Positions 57,835-64,000 of a stretch of DNA of 64,000 nucleotides are shown one piece after another. Position 1 is the stretch's first letter. Each line of letters begins with the position of its first letter. The notes beneath the pieces are model-generated. The model had not been told where the DNA came from and searched no databases. It worked only from the letters and a program-made list of their open reading frames with translations. A program made the position numbers and the translations under genes. The stretch lies in NCBI GenBank assembly GCA_964106645.2, contig OZ067039.1; one strand, 5' to 3'. This DNA comes from Podarcis pityusensis (Eukaryota).

Positions 57835-58170
57835 CTAGGCTGCATCAACAGAAGTATAGTGTCCAGATCAAGGGAAGTAGTAGTACCACTCTATTCTGTC
57901 TTAGTCGGGCCACACTTGGATACTGTGTCCAATTCTGGGCACCACAATTTAAGAAGGATGCTGACAAGCTGGAACATGTGCAGACGAGGGCGACCAAGAT
58001 GATCAAGGGTCTGGAAACTAAGCTTTATGAAGAGTGCTTGAAGGAGCTGGGTATGTTTAGCCTAGAAAAGAGGAAACGGGAGAGATATGATAGCCATCTT
58101 CAAATAACTTTAAGGGCTGTCACATGGAGGAGGGAGCATGTTGTTTTCTCCTGTTCTGGAGGGTAGGACT
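57835..58170 (+). mobile_element. CR1 LINE ORF2 fragment
   Basis: [28 protein letters not shown], then [26 protein letters not shown], typical of the CR1 ORF2 C-terminus, frameshifted. Confidence 0.9.
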
Positions 58171-58479
58171 TCAGTACATATAGCTTCAAGCTCTTTCAAG
58201 ACTGGCCTGATTCTGGTCTGTAGTACCAATATTTTACGAGTGTAGTGGTATAGTGTTTGTTGTGGCTCCCACACTAACATATATGGTAGAAATTTTTGTC
58301 AATGCAGTTGGATTTCTTGGTATATTTACAAACCATGCAAGCAATGCTTGGTCCCTAGGTCTGGTCATCACTTCGTAAAAATCTCTACCAGGAAGCAGAA
58401 CGATGTGCTTGGAAGTATTGGCACGTTCCTTGACTGCCAAAGGAGCAATGGCAGCAGCTGCAACACCAGTAAATATATA

Positions 58480-59168
58480 CCGTATTTTTCACCCTATAGG
58501 ACGCACTTTACCCCCTCCAAAAATGAAGGGGAAATGTGTGTGCGTCCTATGGGGCGAATGCAGGCTTTCGCTGAAGCCTGGAGAGTGAGAGGGGTCGGTG
58601 CGCACCGACCCCTCTCGCTCTCCAGGCTTCAGGAAGCTATCCGCAAGCCTTGCAAGCCCGGCGGGAGGTCCCGCGGGCTCGCAAGGCTTGTGGGCAGCAA
58701 CCTGCAGCCCACAAGCTCGGGGGACAGCGGGGAGGTGCAGCGCCGCCACCCCGCTATTCCCCGACCTGGTCTGGAGGCTAGCGGGGGGGGGGGAGAGAGA
58801 AGCAAGCTTGCTTCTCATGGCCAGTCCCACAAGCTCGGGGGATAGCGGGGAGGCGGAGCGCCGCCACCCCGCTATTCCCAGACCTGATCTGGAGGCTGGC
58901 AGGGGGGAGAAGCAAGCTTGCTTCTCTCCCCTCCCCCTCCCGCCAGCCCCACAAGCTCGGGGGACAGCGGGGCAAGCCGCTGCCCCACAGAGGCTAGAGA
59001 GGCTGTCCCTGAAGGCAGAAGAGGGAGACGGAGCGCTCCGTCTCCCTCTTCTAGCTTGGGGATGAATGCGCAAACCTGGGGGGGGGGGATTTTTTTCCCT
59101 TGATTTCCCCCCCCAAAAAACTAGGTGCGTCCTATGGGCCGGTGCGTCCTATAGGGCGAAAAATATGG
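58480..59168. mobile_element. non-autonomous pogo/Tc2-like DNA transposon, copy 2 (longer interior)
   Basis: Same TIRs, near-identical first ~170 bp to the 50953 copy, TA TSD. Confidence 0.85.
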
Positions 59169-59334
59169 TAGGTTAAAGGGGCTTAGAAACCAATCTGAAG
59201 TCAACAAAAGCAAACATGGTGCTAATAGAAGGATATAACAAAAACTCTTCACATCAGTTCCTTAACTGTGATGAATCAGAAAGAGAAAAGTTAATTATTT
59301 TTTAATGCACAATGATTATGTTTTACCCATTTAG

Positions 59335-59448
59335 GCGGGACTAAGGACGCTTCATGATATTGGACCTGAAATTCGGCGTGCTATATCCTGTGATTTGCAA
59401 GAAGATGAACCTGAGCAAAATCACCATGAGGAAGAGGAAGTATATAAA
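59335..59448 (+). CDS. CACNA1D: exon 42 ([38 protein letters not shown])
   Basis: 114 nt, phase 0 to 0; RRAIS/PCRD region. Confidence 0.95.
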
Positions 59449-60241
59449 GTAAATGGACATATAACAAATTGGTTGGCTCGAACTTGTGAAATTTACAAAA
59501 TTATGCTGCCATCCTATACATGCTTGCTTTGAAGTCTTGTTGTACCTCTGAGTAAACATATATAGACTGATAGTAAACATTTTTGTTCAACACTGCAATA
59601 TTTTTTCAAGGGGTTCAGTGCATTCTCTTTATGCCTCAGTTGTTTTACTATAGACTGTCTTACGTGAATCAATTTGCAGTGCATAATTTCCTTACATTAT
59701 GAGCAGGTAAGGTCTATTGAAGTCAGTGAAATTTCTCTCTGTGTAATATCTGGACAAGATGTGCTTATTGCACCACAGGAAACAGCCGCACATCCAAGGC
59801 AGTGCAGAAAAAGTACATTAAAATAGGGGGGGAGTCAAGAGGGCATTAATACTTTTAATAATCATGATTTTAAATTAAATTTTAAGTTATTTTCTATAGG
59901 CATGTCACCTGACATGAATTTCACATGAAGAGTTAGAAGTAAACTATTTTTAATTTCAAAAATAAAAGTTCTCTAGAACGCATAAAACTGCCAAGTCAAT
60001 AAAGTGATTGTAAATAAAAGCTGCTTGGTGACCTCCCATCTTTCAATGGAATAAAGCAGGGTTGTAATGGCACAACTAGCAAACAGTTAATTTTGGAAGT
60101 TGGATGTTCTCATACAACAAAGATCATTTCTATATTTCAAATGTGCAAGGGGTTTGGACTGCATTCCTCCCTGAAATGTCTAGCCAGGACTACTGTAGAA
60201 TGATAACAGCATTTGCAATATCAACCCCAGAAATCTATAGT

Positions 60242-60557
60242 GGTAGTTGTTTAGTCGTTTAGTCGTGTCCGACTCTTCATGACCCCATGAACCAGAGCAC
60301 GCCAGGCACTCCTGTCTTCCACTGCCTCCCACAGTTTGGTTAAACTTGTGTTAGTAGCTTCAAGAACACTGTCCAACCATCTCGTCCTCTGTTGTCCCCT
60401 TCTCCTTGTGCCTTCAATCTTTCCCAACATTGGGGTCTTTTCTAGAGAGTCTTTTCTTCTCATGAGGTGGCCCAAGTATTGGGGCCTCAGCTTCAGGATC
60501 TGTTCTTCCACTGAGCACTCGGGGCTGATTTCCTTCAGAATGGATAGGTTTGATCTC
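60242..60557 (-). mobile_element. RTE/Bov-B LINE, 5'-truncated 3' end
   Basis: Minus-strand LKLRPQYLGHLMRRKDSLEKTPMLGKIEG.RRRGQQRTRWLD..WRALVHGVMKSRTRL; TSD CTATAGT. Confidence 0.9.
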
Positions 60558-61482
60558 CTATAGTTACATGTACTTTAAGCAAGAAGTTGATGGCTATGTC
60601 CTGTTGTCTGTGAGTTTCCAATAGCATACAAAAGCCTAGGGAGAAAGCTGGACTGATCAAAGATGGCTCCTGCCACTGATTTGAGATTACAGTTGTCATT
60701 GATAGCAAGAATGGGGATTGTTAAGACTTTGGAGGCAGACACCTCACCAGATGTTTTCTTCTGCCAATTGTCATTGCTTCTGTCTTCCCTAGATTGAGCT
60801 CCAAGAGATACTGCTCCTATCTCCATCTTAGTCCTGAGTAGACTGCACCATCTGGGTTAGGTGTAAAAAGAATCATAGAACTGCATGCCATTCACTCTTT
60901 TCATAAGAAACTCTGAGCACTTTACTGTATGATGCGCCATCCATGCATATAGGTTGAGCTGCATGGATGGTCAACTTGATCCACAGCGTGGGCAGTTGCA
61001 GTGGAGCACAACTTGCTCTTCCAGCTGTATGAGAACAGAATCACAGAACTCTTGATACTATCTGCAACACCAAGATTGTTGTGGCATGGCTTTAAGTCAT
61101 AGTTTTAATGGGCAGTTGAAATTTCAGGATATATGCTATCTATAGTATAGTTTGTAAATGCTATAATATTTGATTACTTTATTTTGCTTGGCTCTCAACT
61201 ACAGACACTGTAGTCTGAGTATCTATGGCACAGTGCTTTTTAAAACACTCACTTACTGGCATTGCTTGCAGACTTTCAATGTAGCAGCATAATATAGCTG
61301 CCATGATCATGGGCACCCCCATATCACTACAGAAGACCTTGTATAAAACAACACATTATGACGGGGCAATAGCTTGACCTCAGGACCATGAATGTACCAC
61401 ATAATGGTATGCACATACACTGATGCAAGCTTGGTTTCAGCAATGTATTATATTAACTAACTGATTAACTTGTATATTGCAG

Positions 61483-61874
61483 AGAAATGGTGCCCTGTTT
61501 GGAAATCATGTAAACCATGTTAGCAATGATACAAGGGATTCATTTCAGCAGATCAATACCACGCACCGTCCCCTGCATGTCCAAAGGCCTTCAATTCCAT
61601 CTGCGGTTGAGACTACCGAGAAAAATGTGCCTCCTCCAGCAGGAAACTCCTTATTCCACAACCACCATAGTCATCATAGCCATCATAACCACAACTCTGT
61701 AGGGAAGCATGTTCCAAACTCAACAAATGCTAACCTCAATAATGCCAACATGTCCAAAGTGGCTAATGGAAGACACACAAGTGGTGGAAGTCATGAGTAC
61801 ATATCTGAAACTGGGCATCGTTCCCACTCCAGAAGTGATCGTCATGAGAAACGTAGAAGATCTGCCAATAGGAG
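61483..61874 (+). CDS. CACNA1D: exon 43 long form ([13 protein letters not shown]...[11 protein letters not shown])
   Basis: 392 nt, phase 0 to 2. Confidence 0.94.
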
Positions 61875-61960
61875 GTAAATCTGAAATACGGTGTTTGGGT
61901 TCAGACCATTCTATATCCCAGTCACGTTGTTGTACATAATGCTTATGAACTAATCAAATA

Positions 61961-62199
61961 CAGTCATACCCCAGCTTACAGGTGCTTCAGGTTGCGTTTT
62001 TTCGGGTTATGGACCCACCGAAACCCGGAAGTACTGGAACGGGCTACTTCCAAGTTTTGGCGGTTGCGCATGCGCAGAAGTGCTAAATCGCACTATGAGC
62101 AGAAGCACTGAATTGCAACCCGTGCGTGCGCAGACGCGCTGCTGCAGGTTGCAAACGTGCATCCCGCACGAATCACATTCGCAACCCAAGCATCCACTG
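61961..62199. mobile_element. Tigger-like MITE, degenerate left TIR
   Basis: TA|CAGT...CCACTG|TA, CpG-rich interior with GGTTGCG/CGCAACC inverted motifs. Confidence 0.6.
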
Positions 62200-62697
62200 T
62201 AGTGGGTTTGGGGTTTCTTTGTTTTTTACAAAAAAGTGCATACCATTTTCAATCCTTCATTCCTTTCAGTCTTTGAATAAAAAATTGGCTGCTTTTTGAC
62301 CACTTATCCTTGATTATCTCACTGGCCTGGATTCATTTTATAGATTACTTGAAACTTGTATTTCAGTATATAGCTTGCATTTCGCTTTTTATTCAGCTAC
62401 ATGTTCTGATTTAGTTGGTTATCTGATCCAGCAAATGCCCACGAGAACTACCTTACTGTGGTGAAGAGAATCAGATCAATTCAACAGATACAAGCATTAA
62501 TAGCATGTTCTGCTCTACAGTTCATTAAGTCAAGAACTAATTGCAAATTAGTGTTTCTCTTTTATTAAAGTAGCAAAATATATTTCAGGGGTGGGGTGTT
62601 GTAGATAAATTTATTAAGCAAGTACCTTACTATCACCAGTTCATGAATGCTAATTATACTTCTTTTCTCCTTCTACATTGTTTCCCTTCTTGGATAG

Positions 62698-62724
62698 ATC
62701 TCGCTATTATGAAACTTACATTAG
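62698..62724 (+). CDS. CACNA1D: exon 44, 27-nt cassette (RSRYYETYIR)
   Basis: Long pyrimidine tract, atag|A ... AG|gtaagt, phase 2 to 2. Confidence 0.92.
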
Positions 62725-63785
62725 GTAAGTAAATACAGTGTGAAGCTCTTGGCAAAAGGGTATTGACATGCCCAGATACAACTGAGCATGCTTTTAAAAA
62801 TAATTTCAGTCCATAGCAAAAACAACATGAGTTGTGATACTCACATTGGGGTAATTATAAACTGTGGGGCCCATAAGAATTCTCAGAACATTATGGGCAT
62901 CATGAGAAAGAATAATTATTAAGGCTACTCCAGTTCATGAGTATTATACTCCTGTGGGTATCCAAATGTGTGAAAGGGGTAACAAGAATATGCACACCAG
63001 GCAGGCTTCCGACATCTGCATCAGCCCCACTGTGGCTGCTGCATGTTCAGCGTCAGACTGAAGAGGGCCTGAAACTATTATTTGGGTATAACGTGAACCT
63101 AAACAAGGAATGGGAAAGCAAAGAGCTGCATGCAACCCACAGCCCAATTTCACGCAGCTGGCAAGGGAAGAAAAATGAGGGAAAGGTGGTGGCAGAGGGG
63201 GAAGGGAGGGAGAGGGGATGTCCTTTGGTTCTGGTCCCACCCATCACTGGCTACAGCTCCACCCACTGCCAAGATGTAGCTCCTGACAGATTACCTTCCT
63301 TTCATCAGAAAAATAGTTTCTCTAGCCATGAAATACAGGAAAATACTAGAGACGTACAGCTTATTCTTGAACCAAATGAAAATAAAGCGGTTGTCTTCAT
63401 AACCTTAAGTGTTTTATATTCCTAAAGTAAGATCATTGACACCCAAACTTTGTACAGTCAGAGTTGCTTTGTCTTAATAATAGTTTTTTCTTCTCATGAA
63501 TGCTATAAAAAAAATCAGCGAGAACTTTTTTTTACTTCGCTTAATTCTAAAACCATGTGTGTTATCTTTTAAGATGACATTAGAAAAGCATACCTGAAGC
63601 GAAAGTCCACAGTGATAGGCATCAGAGCACATTTCTGCTACAATGATTTATGCATAGGTGTAAAAGACAAGACAGCGATGTTTCCAAAGAAGGGAAGTTT
63701 GTGGAAAGTGCAGCTACAACAATTTATGTCAACATTGTTCCTTCAAGAAATTAGGCCTTGCCAAACATCTATGTCCTATCTGTAG

Positions 63786-63935
63786 GTCAGAATCTGGAGA
63801 TAGACATCTACCCACAATTTGCCGAGAAGATCATGAAATTCGAGATTATTATAATGATGATTGCTACTTGGATGATCAGGAATATTTTAGTGGTGAAGAA
63901 TATTATGAAGAAGACAGTATGCTGTCAGGAAGCAG
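63786..63935 (+). CDS. CACNA1D: exon 45 ([49 protein letters not shown])
   Basis: gtag|G ... AG|gtaaga, 150 nt, phase 2 to 2. Confidence 0.92.
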
Positions 63936-64000
63936 GTAAGATTGCTAGTCTTTATTGAGAAAACAGTTTTGTATATACCTAAATCAATTATGAAGATAAT

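Overview
Vertebrate genomic DNA, most likely from a squamate (probably lacertid) lizard, judging by the Sauria-type SINEs, a tRNA-Lys/CR1 SINE, and Bov-B and CR1 fragments. The whole window is an internal, + strand segment of CACNA1D (Cav1.3 L-type Ca2+ channel alpha-1D). It runs from the domain II pore loop (exon ~16) to the proximal/mid C-terminus (exon ~45); exon numbers follow the Cav1.3 literature, counted from the IQ exon = 41. I traced 33 coding exons by hand, with consistent splice sites and phases. These include two mutually exclusive pairs (22/22a, 31a/31b), a 30-nt IVS2-S3 microexon like the chicken hair-cell exon 30a, and cassette exons 32 and 44; one intron is U12-type. The main non-obvious signal is a 44-nt intronic element (42854-42897) that is antisense to the IQ-domain exon ~3 kb downstream (39/44 paired). 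It places an A:C mismatch on the Tyr-codon adenosine, as expected of an ADAR editing-complementary sequence. Other candidates are an unannotated exon at ~28.0 kb, a duplicated exon-32 acceptor, a 43S-type internal acceptor, and a TE-built short terminal exon in intron 41. No prokaryotic-type system is present. Most ORFs in the supplied track are spurious or are fragments of exons or TEs.
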